Virus record (IMG/VR): IMGVR_UViG_3300020185_004844
DNA from: an uncultured virus (IMG/VR IMGVR_UViG_3300020185_004844)
Lineage: Duplodnaviria > Heunggongvirae > Uroviricota > Caudoviricetes
Direction: 5' to 3' (one strand)
Length of the DNA stretch: 20,000 nucleotides
Made by a program: the position numbers and the translations under genes. The notes under the pieces were generated by a model. It was given only the letters and a program-made list of their open reading frames with translations. It was not told the DNA's origin and ran no database searches. Position 1 is the first letter of the stretch, and each line of letters starts with the position of its first letter. Of the stretch, positions 1 through 7,907 are shown piece by piece.

Positions 1-417
1 GCAGTGCCAAATTTTCAGTTACAGGCGGGTGCCAACGGAGTATTTCGCGCTCATCTTAGTGGAAGCGGAGACCTAGGGTCCTATAATTCTAACACGACAG
101 ACTTTAGTGGTGATTGGCATATATTTGTGTTAAATTTCAATACTTCGAATACAACAGGCAAAGTTCTTGTAGACGGATTGGAACTAGGATCATTTACTTA
201 CCCTACCCCGCTAGCGGGAACCGGATTAAGAATATGGGCAAACCGAGGCAACAACTTCCAGCCGTCTGGAGATATTGCGGAATTTGTTGTGATAGAAGAC
301 AGCTCAACTGCTCATCAAGAAAAGATAGAAGGCTACCTCGCCCACAAGTGGGGTCTAGAATCTAATCTACCAATAAATCATCCATATAAATCCCAGCCTC
401 CTTTAGAATCTTCTTGA
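1..417 (+). CDS. 3' end of a LamG/concanavalin-A-like domain protein, probably a virion fibre/adhesin; 5'-truncated by the window
   Basis: Frame is open from base 1 to TGA at 415-417. It has LamG-like motifs (WHIFVL, VLVDG, GDIAEFVV) and the C-terminal IEGYLAHKWGL..LP..HPYK..PP motif that I recognise from LamG-type proteins. Confidence 0.6.
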   Translation, partial: AVPNFQLQAGANGVFRAHLSGSGDLGSYNSNTTDFSGDWHIFVLNFNTSNTTGKVLVDGLELGSFTYPTPLAGTGLRIWANRGNNFQPSGDIAEFVVIEDSSTAHQEKIEGYLAHKWGLESNLPINHPYKSQPPLESS

Positions 418-442
418 TTTTTCTTAAAAAGTATGATACTAT
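414..442 (+). promoter_or_regulatory. sigma70-type promoter, probably leaderless
   Basis: -35 TTGATT (414-419), 17-bp spacer, extended -10 TGn-TACTAT (437-442). In-frame GTG at 449 lies 6 nt after the -10. Confidence 0.6.
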
Positions 443-448
443 TTGTTA

Positions 449-781
449 GTGACTCATACTGAAAAGAAAAAAGTTATTGAAAAATTACTTAATGTCCCAG
501 ATAAACAAAAACGTTTATTCTGGGGCAGGGAGATGAAGACACTCAATATATTGATTGAGGTTTACCCTGAATCTAAATTCTGGAAAGGCTTGACTTTTCC
601 CCAAAAGCTTGATAGTATGATTCTGTTCCGTTCTGGGTATTACCAACAAGAGTTAAAAAGAAGGTACAATCTATATAAATACAATATACCTCCAAAAAAA
701 GAGATTAAATTAGGAGAAAAGTTCGGAGAAGATTTTAATATACCAAAAAAAGTAAAAACATTAAGGGACTTCCTATCATGA
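449..781 (+). CDS. hypothetical basic protein (~110 aa); start revised from TTG 443 to GTG 449
   Basis: ORF track. Its stop overlaps the recA start (ATGA 778-781). Promoter geometry favours GTG 449. Confidence 0.7.
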   Translation: MTHTEKKKVIEKLLNVPDKQKRLFWGREMKTLNILIEVYPESKFWKGLTFPQKLDSMILFRSGYYQQELKRRYNLYKYNIPPKKEIKLGEKFGEDFNIPKKVKTLRDFLS

Positions 782-1902
782 GCAAAGTAAAAGAAACTAC
801 AGAAATCAAGCAAGCATTATCTTCATTCTTAAAACAAAATGAAGAGCACCACTATAACTTCGAAGAGGAGGTGGACTACAAGGTATCTTGTGGGAGCTTA
901 AAGGTTGACTTTGAGCTAAGTGGAGGGCTGGGGCCCGGGCTACATAGATTTACAGGTATGAATGAGGGTGGTAAAAGCTCTGAAGCTCTTGAGGTTATGA
1001 AAAATTTCCTGCAAATGCCTAACTCTAAAGGTGTTTATATTAAGGCTGAAGGAAGGCTTTCAAAAGAGATGCGAAAGCGGTGTGGCATTGACTTTGTAGA
1101 TAAAGAAGATGACTGGGATGCCGGAAAATGCTTTGTTTTCGATTGTAATATTTACGAGACAGTGCTTGACTTAATGAGGATTCTAGTGGCTAAAAACCCT
1201 GAGGGCACAAAGTATTGCTTTGTCCTTGATTCCCTTGACGGCTTGATCATGAAGGATGACCTGAAAAAAGGTTTTGAAGATTCCCATAAAGTTGCCGGCG
1301 GGGCATTATTAGGGGCAAAGTTTATGCAGAAAATGAGTATTGCTTTGGCTAAAAGGGGGCATATGGCCCTATTCATTTCTCAGGTGAGGGCGGACATTAA
1401 GCTAGACCCATACAGTAAAGCCCCTATTCGGCAGACTACAGCTACAGGTGGTAATGCACTCTTACATTTTGCTAATTACATCCTTGAGTTCGAGCCTAGA
1501 TTCAAAAAAGACTTGATACTTGAAAACCAAACCCAACCTATTGATCAGCAAAAAAATAAAATCATAGGCCATATAGCTAAAATTACAGTTAAAAAGTCTC
1601 CCAACGAAAAAACAAACTATACGCTTGAATATCCAATTAAGTATGGAAGGACAAACGGAACATCAATATGGGTCGAGAGAGAGGTTATTGACATGCTATA
1701 TCTTTGGGGTTATATCAGCAAGAAGGGGGCTTGGATTTCTGTGGAAAAAGACTTCATTGATTTACTTTCTGCCGAAAAATTAGATTTTCCAGAAAAGGTT
1801 CAAGGCGAACCTAAGTTAAATGCATTACTTGAAGACTCACCTGATTTGACTAGTTTCCTCATTGATCATTTTAAAAAACTTATATACCAAGAAAACAAAT
1901 AA
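778..1902 (+). CDS. recA: RecA/UvsX-like recombinase
   Basis: Walker A GMNEGGKSS, Walker B FVLDSL, SQVR (cf. RecA NQIR), TGGNALLHFA (cf. TGGNALKFYA), C-terminal KKGAW. Confidence 0.9.
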   Translation: MSKVKETTEIKQALSSFLKQNEEHHYNFEEEVDYKVSCGSLKVDFELSGGLGPGLHRFTGMNEGGKSSEALEVMKNFLQMPNSKGVYIKAEGRLSKEMRKRCGIDFVDKEDDWDAGKCFVFDCNIYETVLDLMRILVAKNPEGTKYCFVLDSLDGLIMKDDLKKGFEDSHKVAGGALLGAKFMQKMSIALAKRGHMALFISQVRADIKLDPYSKAPIRQTTATGGNALLHFANYILEFEPRFKKDLILENQTQPIDQQKNKIIGHIAKITVKKSPNEKTNYTLEYPIKYGRTNGTSIWVEREVIDMLYLWGYISKKGAWISVEKDFIDLLSAEKLDFPEKVQGEPKLNALLEDSPDLTSFLIDHFKKLIYQENK

Positions 1903-2313
1903 ATGATATTTAAAACATTGGTTGGGTCTACCAAACGAGTAAAGAAGCCTAAAAAATATTTAATTAAATGGACTGCTTCTAGTCGAAGCAAGCTGCAGTA
2001 TTCTGTCAAAGAGTTTATTCAACCTTACTGGGATATAGACATTGTATTTGAAGAGTTCCCTATAGCTGGCACTAAAATGAGTTTTGATTTTTATAACTCT
2101 AATAAAAACATAGCTATAGAAGTTCAAGGTGGTCAGCACTTAAAGTATACTCCATTTTTTCACGGAAAATCAAAGTCTACATTCCTTAGTCAAATAAGAA
2201 GGGATAATGACAAACAAAAATTTTGCGAATTGAATAATATAAAACTTGTCGAAATTTACCCCAAGGATGTTTTGTCAGAAGATTTATTTAAATCTTTTGG
2301 GATCGTCCTGTAA
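1903..2313 (+). CDS. Vsr/DUF559-like PD-(D/E)XK-fold endonuclease
   Basis: EEFPI...FDFY...IAIEVQGGQH...QIRRDNDKQKFC..NNIKLVEI pattern. Start abuts the recA stop. Confidence 0.75.
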   Translation: MIFKTLVGSTKRVKKPKKYLIKWTASSRSKLQYSVKEFIQPYWDIDIVFEEFPIAGTKMSFDFYNSNKNIAIEVQGGQHLKYTPFFHGKSKSTFLSQIRRDNDKQKFCELNNIKLVEIYPKDVLSEDLFKSFGIVL

Positions 2314-2318
2314 CAAAT

Positions 2319-2333
2319 GTGTAACTAAATATA
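2319..2333 (+). promoter_or_regulatory. GTGTA-type putative phage promoter motif, copy 1
   Basis: GTGTA (2319-2323) + ACTAAATATA + GTG start at 2334; recurs in four other intergenic gaps. Confidence 0.55.
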
Positions 2334-2612
2334 GTGAGCGAAGAAATAAACCCAGATAGTTTTAACTCCTTTCAGCTTCCAGAAAGTATCTTAGAGAAAC
2401 TTTTTGAGCTAACTGGAGATGCAGACCATAATAAAGGTTTTGTTCTAGCATATGTAGACCAACATGGAAACCCCATGGTCTATACTCGGTGTCAAAGTCA
2501 AATCATTGAAATGGGATTAAGGAAATCTCTCGAAAAATACTTGATCAGCTTAGAAGAAGCTGACCATATGTATGGCGCAGAGAATGATGACCCAGAAAAT
2601 GGTCTTGACTAA
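2334..2612 (+). CDS. hypothetical acidic protein (92 aa)
   Basis: ORF track; fills the gap between endonuclease and helicase; acidic C-terminal tail. Confidence 0.75.
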   Translation: MSEEINPDSFNSFQLPESILEKLFELTGDADHNKGFVLAYVDQHGNPMVYTRCQSQIIEMGLRKSLEKYLISLEEADHMYGAENDDPENGLD

Positions 2613-2633
2613 TTAATTTTTTTCTGCTAATAT
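2605..2633 (+). promoter_or_regulatory. sigma70-type promoter of the helicase-primase-nuclease operon, probably leaderless
   Basis: -35 TTGACT (2605-2610), 17-bp spacer, extended -10 TGc-TAATAT (2628-2633). ATG at 2641 is 7 nt downstream, with no Shine-Dalgarno. Confidence 0.7.
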
Positions 2634-2640
2634 AGCCGTC

Positions 2641-4146
2641 ATGGTATTCTCCGCTGAAGTTGAAAAGCAATTGCTTGCTGGGCTCTTAAATTATCCCGAC
2701 AAGTATGTTGAAATTGCTGCATTTGTATCCTCTAACGATTTTTTCTTTGAGCCAAATCAAATAATCTATAGTTTCCTCAAATCAGACTATGAGTCTGGTA
2801 ATTTTGTTGATGAAGTTATATTATCTGAAAGAATTAGGCTCTCTGGAATAACCTTCGAAGACAATATTAATGTCTCGGATTACATTAAAGCTTTAAAGTT
2901 AAAGCGCTCATCGCAGTCTTCTGTTATTGAGTCTGCCAAAGAGCTTAAAAAGTTTTCTGTTCGTCGAGAGATTTCAGAAAGCGCGCAAAGCATAGTTAAA
3001 GAAATGAAAAGCATAGATTCGTCAAAAAACTTGACGGACATCATCAATAAAGCTGATTCGATTTATGCTGAGAATATTAATCTTTATGAGAATGGAGAAA
3101 ACTCTCCTAAAAATATATTCTCTGAGATGGAAGAGGTGATCGAATTTCGAGGAAACAACCCGCGAACTGAATTTGGACCCAAGGGACCTCACTCAAGACT
3201 GCACAATCTTTATGGGTCTTTATTGCGGCCTGGCAATATTACTACTCTTGTTGCTAGAACTGGTGTCGGTAAAACACAGTTCGTTATGGACTACTGCTTG
3301 AAAGTTTCCAAAGAAGAAGATATACCCGTGCTTCACCTTGATAACGGCGAAATGAGCAAGGAAGAGCTAATGATGCGTCAATGTGCAGCCTTATCTAAAG
3401 TCCCCTTGCACTTGCTTGAAACAGGTCAATGGAGAAATGCAGGAGAAGAGGTAGTAAACAAAGTGAGAAGTGTTTGGCCGATTATCCAGAGGTTTAAGTT
3501 TTACTATCAAAATGTAGGAGGTATGCCTATTGACTCAATGATTCAAGTAGTAAAGCATTTTTACTATGGAAATATTAAAAGGGGTAATAAAATGATTCTA
3601 AGTTTTGATTACATTAAAACAACCGCCGAAAAAGCTGGTAATAAATCTGAGTGGCAAATAGTTGGAGAGATGGTCGATAAATTCAAGAAGTTGATTCAGA
3701 GAGACATCGTCTTTGATGGCGAGCCTGTAATCTCTATGATGACAAGTGTCCAAAGCAATCGTTCTGGCATAACCAATAATCGCACATCTGATAATATTGT
3801 TGAGGACGAAAGCATTGTTTCTCTTTCTGATCGTATTACTCAGTTTAGTTCTCATTTATTTTCATTACGTCAAAAGACAATGGACGAGCTGGCCGAAGAA
3901 GACAATCAATACGGAACCCATAGGCTTACCTGTTTTAAATATAGGCACCTAGGGGAAAACATTCATAGGGCAATTCAGCCAGTTAGAATGCCAAACGGAA
4001 CTGACTTAAGAAGAAATTTCATTAACTTGAGTTTTGAAAATTTTGATATCACTGAAGTCGGAGATTTGCAAGACATGGTCGATGCACAAGTAGACGTTTC
4101 TTTAACTGACAACAACAATAACAGAGACTTATCTATTGAATTATGA
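2641..4146 (+). CDS. dnaB: DnaB-family replicative helicase
   Basis: DnaB N-terminal domain (EKQLLAGLL..P), Walker A ARTGVGKT, EMS motif, Walker B FDYI, VQSNR (cf. SQLNR), KYRH arginine-finger region. Confidence 0.92.
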   Translation: MVFSAEVEKQLLAGLLNYPDKYVEIAAFVSSNDFFFEPNQIIYSFLKSDYESGNFVDEVILSERIRLSGITFEDNINVSDYIKALKLKRSSQSSVIESAKELKKFSVRREISESAQSIVKEMKSIDSSKNLTDIINKADSIYAENINLYENGENSPKNIFSEMEEVIEFRGNNPRTEFGPKGPHSRLHNLYGSLLRPGNITTLVARTGVGKTQFVMDYCLKVSKEEDIPVLHLDNGEMSKEELMMRQCAALSKVPLHLLETGQWRNAGEEVVNKVRSVWPIIQRFKFYYQNVGGMPIDSMIQVVKHFYYGNIKRGNKMILSFDYIKTTAEKAGNKSEWQIVGEMVDKFKKLIQRDIVFDGEPVISMMTSVQSNRSGITNNRTSDNIVEDESIVSLSDRITQFSSHLFSLRQKTMDELAEEDNQYGTHRLTCFKYRHLGENIHRAIQPVRMPNGTDLRRNFINLSFENFDITEVGDLQDMVDAQVDVSLTDNNNNRDLSIEL

Positions 4147-5192
4147 CAGCTGATAAAATTAAAGATATTTTAACGAATCTAGGTTATAAGCTTTCTGATT
4201 TTGGGAATCATTGGAGGACAAGCGCCTTATATAGAGGGGGCAAAAATCCAACTGCTCTTCAGGTTTATAAAGATTCAGGCGTTTGGGTAGATTTTGTTAA
4301 AGATTCTTCCTACCTACCTCTCGAGTCATTGGTTTCTGCTACCCTACAGACGAATGACAAAGATGAGCTTAAAAAAATCTTAGGCGGATATGACTTCGCT
4401 AATACCCCTACTGAAACTATCGAAAAACCAAAATTAGTTATGGAAAAAACATACCCCTCTTCAATGCTTGATCGGCTACTTCCTCACTATAAGTTTTATA
4501 ACGACAGGGGAATTGATTCATCTGTCCTGAAATCTCTAAGCTCAGGCTTAGCAACAGAAGGGGCGATGTATCAAAGATTTGTTTTCCCCATTTATAATTC
4601 CGACGGATCAATCTGCGGTTTTAGTGGTCGCGACATGTCTCCCAGCCCAAACAATCGTCCTAAATGGAAACATGTCGGGAAAAAATCATCATGGATTTAT
4701 CCTTTTTATGTACCAAATCCTAGTGGAGAATCTATGCAATCAGCAATCTCCGAATCAGGCTCTGTGATTTTAGTCGAAAGTATAGGCGACTTATTAAACC
4801 TTAATCAAAATGGCATAAAAAACGTTCTTGTTTTATTTGGCACATCAATATCTTCTGCTATGACATGCTTCTTGGTTGGCTCTGGTTGCTCTAAAGTTAT
4901 ACTATCACTTAATAACGACAAAGATAAAGATCAAAATCGCGGTAAGATTGGGGCATATAAGTGCTACTTGAAACTTTTGAATTACTTCAATAAAGACAAC
5001 ATAATAATACATTCGCCTCTCGAAAATGATTTCGGGGATATGTCTAGTAACCAGTTTCCTGAATGGAAGTCCTATTTGGATGAAGAAGAGTATATTTTTG
5101 ATCAACCTTCTTACCAAAAAGAAATATTGCAATTAATCGAACAGAAAGAGATATCATCTAGTTCTTACAAAAATAAATTCTTCAATGAGTAA
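4143..5192 (+). CDS. dnaG: DnaG-type TOPRIM primase
   Basis: RGI, RFVFPI...GFSGR, PKW(K), TOPRIM VESIGD, NNDKD and DFGD. ATGA overlap with dnaB. Confidence 0.85.
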   Translation: MTADKIKDILTNLGYKLSDFGNHWRTSALYRGGKNPTALQVYKDSGVWVDFVKDSSYLPLESLVSATLQTNDKDELKKILGGYDFANTPTETIEKPKLVMEKTYPSSMLDRLLPHYKFYNDRGIDSSVLKSLSSGLATEGAMYQRFVFPIYNSDGSICGFSGRDMSPSPNNRPKWKHVGKKSSWIYPFYVPNPSGESMQSAISESGSVILVESIGDLLNLNQNGIKNVLVLFGTSISSAMTCFLVGSGCSKVILSLNNDKDKDQNRGKIGAYKCYLKLLNYFNKDNIIIHSPLENDFGDMSSNQFPEWKSYLDEEEYIFDQPSYQKEILQLIEQKEISSSSYKNKFFNE

Positions 5193-6249
5193 TCTAACAC
5201 CCCTTTCCGCAAGTCGTATAAAGAAGGCTCAAAGTTGCTCTTGGAGCTACTGGGCTACATATATTTTAAAAGTCCCTGATCGTAGTAATGATGGAGCAAG
5301 TAGGGGTTGGATTTGCCACTTAATCTTTGAATTGCTTGGGGCTGATAAGCATCGCAAAATTTATGATGAAATCATACTAAAAGACTCTATTTTTGCATGT
5401 GAACCAGTAAAGAGATTGGTCTTGTACCATGCTAAAAAGCTAAAAGTTAATGACCCGGAAAACTTAGAGATGATTAATGATATGACTTTGGCCGGACTTC
5501 ATTTTGATTTTTTTGGTGGAGCAAGAGGCGAACCAGATCAAGCCATATCTGAGCAGGAGTTTAATATCACTGTAGATGAAGGTAAAAAACTTTATCGCAT
5601 GCGAGGGTTTATTGATAAGTTGTTCCTTTATGAGGATTCAAGTTTAGCTGTAATTAGAGACTTCAAGAGTAGCAAGTCTGTCTTTAAAGGTAAAGAGGTC
5701 ACAGATAATTTACAAGATCTTCTGTATACCCTAGCCGTCCGTAAACTTTTTCCTCACTTTAAAAAACGTCAAGTTGAATTCTTATTTCTTAAATTTGATT
5801 TGCATGCATCAGGCTGTGTTAAAATGTCGGAAATTAGTGAAGAAGAGCTGGAGGGCGTCGAACTCTTCCTGACGGGCATACAGACATTTCTTGACAATTT
5901 TGATGAAGACGACGCGGTGTCCAATTTTGCAGGAGCTCAAGGCTATCCCTCTGATGGGACATTTGGTGGTCCACTTATGTGCGGCAAAGATGGATATAAA
6001 ATATCTAAAGGCAGCCCATTGCTTGACAAAGAAGGGAATCCAGTTGTTGCTTATATTTGCTCCTACAGGAAACCAATGAATTATTATGTTGTTAAAAATT
6101 CTGACGGCAAGATTATTAAATCTTACTTTGAAGAAGATAAAGACACTATCGTCTTAAACAAAGACGAGGGTGAAACATTAGAAGCAATGGAATATAAAGG
6201 CTGCCCGTATTGGAATAAGCCTAAAATAGATATAGATGACTTACTATAA
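5185..6249 (+). CDS. RecB/AddB/Cas4-like PD-(D/E)XK nuclease
   Basis: LSASRI...C at the N-terminus, G..CH..FE, RGFIDK, IRDFKS, Q...Y, and several C-terminal cysteines. Confidence 0.85.
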   Translation: MSNLTPLSASRIKKAQSCSWSYWATYILKVPDRSNDGASRGWICHLIFELLGADKHRKIYDEIILKDSIFACEPVKRLVLYHAKKLKVNDPENLEMINDMTLAGLHFDFFGGARGEPDQAISEQEFNITVDEGKKLYRMRGFIDKLFLYEDSSLAVIRDFKSSKSVFKGKEVTDNLQDLLYTLAVRKLFPHFKKRQVEFLFLKFDLHASGCVKMSEISEEELEGVELFLTGIQTFLDNFDEDDAVSNFAGAQGYPSDGTFGGPLMCGKDGYKISKGSPLLDKEGNPVVAYICSYRKPMNYYVVKNSDGKIIKSYFEEDKDTIVLNKDEGETLEAMEYKGCPYWNKPKIDIDDLL

Positions 6250-6254
6250 GACAA

Positions 6255-6401
6255 ATGAAATCTGATATAAAGAATTTAAGCGAATTAAGTCGTAGAGAAT
6301 TTGTTGCTAGTGCGGCCAAAGCTTGTTTAGGTGTCGGGCTATTGCCCATGGCTGGCTCGTATGTTCATACCCCACCCTTACTTGATGTGCTAGACTTTTA
6401 A
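6255..6401 (+). CDS. 48-aa ORF consisting mainly of a twin-arginine (Tat) signal-like peptide; possible gene remnant
   Basis: Manual translation: MKSDIKNLSELSRREFVASAAKACLGVGLLPMAGSYVHTPPLLDVLDF*. SRREFV matches S-R-R-x-F-L and is followed by a hydrophobic stretch. Starts 5 nt after the nuclease stop. Confidence 0.6.
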   Translation: MKSDIKNLSELSRREFVASAAKACLGVGLLPMAGSYVHTPPLLDVLDF

Positions 6402-6425
6402 TCTTGTATATTATTGTAATTGTGT

Positions 6426-6440
6426 GTGTACATTATTTTA
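6426..6440 (+). promoter_or_regulatory. GTGTA-type putative phage promoter motif, copy 2
   Basis: GTGTA (6426-6430) + CATTATTTTA + ATG at 6441. Confidence 0.55.
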
Positions 6441-6707
6441 ATGACACATTCAATAGAGGCAATTTGCCACGAATATGCTGAAGATTCCTTGTTTTCTCAA
6501 GATGTTTCAGAGTGCGGGGCGCCATTAAAGATAATTGTTCATATTAAATATGAATATATAGCAGAACTTAGTAGATTCTTGTCTAATTATGGATATGAAT
6601 ACTCTTCAAACAAAAAAAGCGGTAAATATTTTACTTTAGTTCATTTTGAATTATTAAATAAAAAAATTATTGACTGCAATAATCAAAACAGGCGGGGAGA
6701 AATTTAA
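6441..6707 (+). CDS. hypothetical protein (88 aa); start revised to ATG 6441
   Basis: ORF track gives 6420 (TTG). The in-frame ATG at 6441 is 10 nt after GTGTA. Stop abuts the next ATG. Confidence 0.6.
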   Translation: MTHSIEAICHEYAEDSLFSQDVSECGAPLKIIVHIKYEYIAELSRFLSNYGYEYSSNKKSGKYFTLVHFELLNKKIIDCNNQNRRGEI

Positions 6708-7871
6708 ATGTTTTTCGCAACACTCATTTTCTTATCTGCTGTATCGATTTCATTAACCGCAGCATACTTTAGTGTTATTGGTCTAGCTACCATGTTCCCT
6801 GGCTCTAAAGAAGCTATCATTATAATGGGAGGAGTGCTTGAGGTTGGAAAGTTAATTGCCTCAGTCTGGCTGCATCATAACTGGAATGACTCATTCAAGT
6901 TCTTAAAGAGGTACCTATTATTCTCGGTTGTTGTTCTTAGTTTAATTACAAGCATGGGCATCTTCGGGTTTTTGTCCCGATCTCATGTTGAGCACCATGC
7001 CTCCATGGAAAAGGAGCAGGCAATTATATCTCAAATTGACCAGAAGGTTGCTCGAGAGCAAGAGTTTATCTCTCGAAAGAAAGAACGGCTAGATTCATTA
7101 AACAGCAATCAAAACTTTCAAAAAGATAACTCTGACAGTATAGTGCAGACATTACAAAAGAGGGTAGAATCTTTAAAGGTAGAGAAGATTGAATCAATTC
7201 AAATACAAGAATCTATAATTAATAAATTAAATGATAGGTTATCTGACTTGGACACAAAACTTTCTTCAGCAAAATCCAGTGGCTTCCTTGGCTCAAGCAG
7301 CAAATACGACAAGATGTTATTGATTCAAGAGGAGGAAAGAGAATTAATTAATAATAATAAATCTGCCGCCGAAAATAAAATCCAAGAGATTTCTAGTGAT
7401 TTTGATAAAAAGGTGGCCGAATCTAGAGATAAGATTGACTCCAGCCTTAGCCTCGGAACAGGTCAGCCTAGTGGCATTACTAGTGATTCTGGGGTGCAAA
7501 AAGAGATTGAGCAGGCATATGACCGTATCTCTAACTTGGAGGCAGAGAAATTCGAATATGGATCCAAACTTAGAGCTCTAGAGGTTGAGGTCGGTCCTAT
7601 ATTATATATAGCGAATTTACTTAATGAGTGGGCGGGGGCTGATATAGAGACTAGTCAGGCTATTCGCATTGTTATTATTACCTTAATTTTTGTGTTTGAT
7701 CCGTTGGCAATACTTTTATTAATTGCCTCGACAATGACATATAGTCAGAGCAAAAAAGAAGAACTACCCCCCGATGTCAAAGAAATTAGGAATAAATTAT
7801 TAATTGAACTTGAGGAGTATTTGAACGAAGGGGGTCTGGCTGACCACTTCATCGAACGGGTTAAGAAATAG
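6708..7871 (+). CDS. membrane-anchored long coiled-coil protein; conserved phage hypothetical type
   Basis: About three N-terminal hydrophobic helices (AAYFSVIGL, LEVGKL.ASVWL, ITSMGIFGFLS), a ~200-aa coiled-coil region, then EVGPI.YIA and a C-terminal TM segment IFVFDPLAILLLIA. GGGGAG lies upstream. Confidence 0.8.
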   Translation: MFFATLIFLSAVSISLTAAYFSVIGLATMFPGSKEAIIIMGGVLEVGKLIASVWLHHNWNDSFKFLKRYLLFSVVVLSLITSMGIFGFLSRSHVEHHASMEKEQAIISQIDQKVAREQEFISRKKERLDSLNSNQNFQKDNSDSIVQTLQKRVESLKVEKIESIQIQESIINKLNDRLSDLDTKLSSAKSSGFLGSSSKYDKMLLIQEEERELINNNKSAAENKIQEISSDFDKKVAESRDKIDSSLSLGTGQPSGITSDSGVQKEIEQAYDRISNLEAEKFEYGSKLRALEVEVGPILYIANLLNEWAGADIETSQAIRIVIITLIFVFDPLAILLLIASTMTYSQSKKEELPPDVKEIRNKLLIELEEYLNEGGLADHFIERVKK

Positions 7872-7901
7872 CTTGACTTTTTGTCAAGATTGCGTTACTT
7901 T
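7872..7901 (+). promoter_or_regulatory. sigma70-type promoter of the polymerase operon with an overlapping inverted repeat
   Basis: -35 TTGACT (7873-7878), 17-bp spacer, -10 TACTTT (7896-7901). In-frame GTG at 7908 is 6 nt downstream. CTTGAC-N5-GTCAAG palindrome at 7872-7888. Confidence 0.65.
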
Positions 7902-7907
7902 GTATGT

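Noticed and set aside
5185..6249. Calling the nuclease cas4 of a CRISPR-Cas locus
   Set aside because: No cas1/cas2 or array is present in the window, and the context is replication/recombination.
6420..6430. TGTGTGTG run as a microsatellite or phase-variation tract
   Set aside because: Only four units, and better explained as part of the GTGTA motif.
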